From Epiperipatus broadwayi (taxonomy: Eukaryota; Animalia; Onychophora): a DNA stretch of 64,000 bases. A model generated the notes under the pieces. That model was not told where the DNA came from. It saw only the letters and a list, made by a program, of their open reading frames with translations, and did not search any database. Below are positions 62,776-64,000 of the stretch, in pieces; the stretch's first letter is position 1, and every line of letters starts with the position of its first letter. Location of the stretch: NCBI GenBank assembly GCA_028023455.1, contig JAQFVV010000011.1, forward strand, positions 2,480,001 to 2,544,000, given 5' to 3'. Both the position numbers and the translations under genes were made by a program.

Positions 62776-62845
62776 TTTTTTTTATATGTCAAAGTGTTGG
62801 CTGGGAAGCAAACCCGGGATAACTGCTTGGAAAGCAGCTATGCTA
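62776..62845 (-). mobile_element. tRNA-Gly(UCC)-derived SINE/retropseudogene, 5'-truncated
   Basis: Minus strand agcatagctgctttccaagcagttatcccgggtttgcttcccagccaacact vs tRNA-Gly(TCC) AGCATAGCTGCCTTCCAAGCAGTTGACCCGGGTTCGATTCCCGGCCAACGCA; A-rich tail. Confidence 0.8.
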
Positions 62846-63635
62846 ATTAAATGATGAAAAATTACAATCAACAACAATAAACAGTAACAGAAATGTCTTC
62901 AAATCCCTTATATTACATCTGATATCCAGGTATATAAAATAAACTTCTATTTAAAATAAAGGAAATGATAAATGGTATTTGATATATATATTACCTGTAT
63001 AATCTTCCTCACTCCTGATAAGATATAGTCACATTTCACTAGATGAGTTTTAAAAAATAACTTTAAATGATATATAATGCAGCTAAGAAAGTCAATACAC
63101 TTGAATTCGACATACTAAAGGTTATCAGTTTGACTACTAATTATAAAAACTGAATTTAAAACAGTAGTAAACTTTCTATACAGTAGTGCCATCTACTGCA
63201 AGCCTAATAATTGATGAACACAAAAAGGATGACCATATAATGATTTAAAGGTTTTAAAATTGAATTTATAATAAATAAAGCTTATAATTAATGGTCTAAT
63301 ATTTATTTGTCCAGCTTACATAATGCCAGACTTTATTTGTATGAAATGCTAAGTAAATGTTTAACAATTTAATATTTTAATGAAAACTGTGTTCAGCGTT
63401 AATGTGAGTACTACTTCATTACAAATATGTTCTTGTATTAATACAATTTACATGATTTGTGTACTTTATCTGAGGTTAAGCATAGAGCTACAGATTATGA
63501 ACTTAATGTTCAATTATGTGCTGGATTAAACTCACGATATGCAGATGGTTTTGTTCAATGTTATAAAATTTATTAATTAAAAATAATATGTATATAAATT
63601 TAATGTAAAAAATGTAACTTAATTTAAATATTGAA

Positions 63636-64000
63636 AATACATTCAACTGTTAGTAATAGCACACAGGTTATTATATGCACAACATATCGAGAGGTATTAC
63701 TCTCCTTTCTTCTTCAAATGATGCTGGCCTGTCCAGTGACAATACTAACAAGGGAAGCAAACCTGGTCCTTAGATTCCTGAATATTGTAATTTTAAGGTA
63801 TTGCTCTAATCAACTAAACTATTCTGACAAACGCAACAGTCAGTAGAAATTTCATATACTTATCTATGAGGTATTTCTTCATTTCTCCACCTTTTCCTAA
63901 AATCAAATTTGATTAGTGGTTTCCATTTTTGTATAGTCACACTAGATTGAATTATGGGGTTGCTCACGATCATAATGTGAGCAGATTCTTTAAATTTTCT
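63636..64000 (-). mobile_element. Family C copy (runs off the window end)
   Basis: Reverse complement of ~7580-7940. Confidence 0.75.

Noticed and set aside
63830-63890. Hammerhead-like AUGAAGA...GAAA..UA upstream of the tRNA-like block in family C (minus strand)
   Set aside because: C3 is absent, stem I does not pair, and the motif is not conserved in the 7700 copy.

Overview
Very AT-rich animal genomic DNA (an invertebrate/arthropod origin is my inference), dominated by transposon-derived sequence. No complete host gene can be assembled, only scattered minus-strand exon candidates, the best being a 90-nt IQ-motif exon at 34320-34409. Main elements: (1) a 6.5-kb LTR retroelement (53696-60201; ~2.14-kb LTRs, ATAT TSD) whose only ORF is an intact coiled-coil + Ty3/gypsy (Arc-like) capsid Gag, with no pol; (2) a 3.7-kb hAT (Charlie/Buster-type) fossil with TIRs and an 8-bp TSD (42984-46699); (3) many RTE-like and L1/Tx1-like LINE fragments, one 5'-inverted; (4) tRNA-Gly(UCC)-derived SINEs; (5) several unrelated-sequence fold-back insertions that share one architecture (13-bp direct repeat, 31-51-nt single-copy tail, two inverted arms). 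Several of these carry minimal type I hammerhead ribozyme motifs and/or tRNA-like Pol III boxes, the pattern expected of Penelope-like/retrozyme-like non-autonomous retroelements. One hammerhead (11709-11764, minus) has a fully intact core and stems. All alignments and counts were done by eye; LINE boundaries are approximate.
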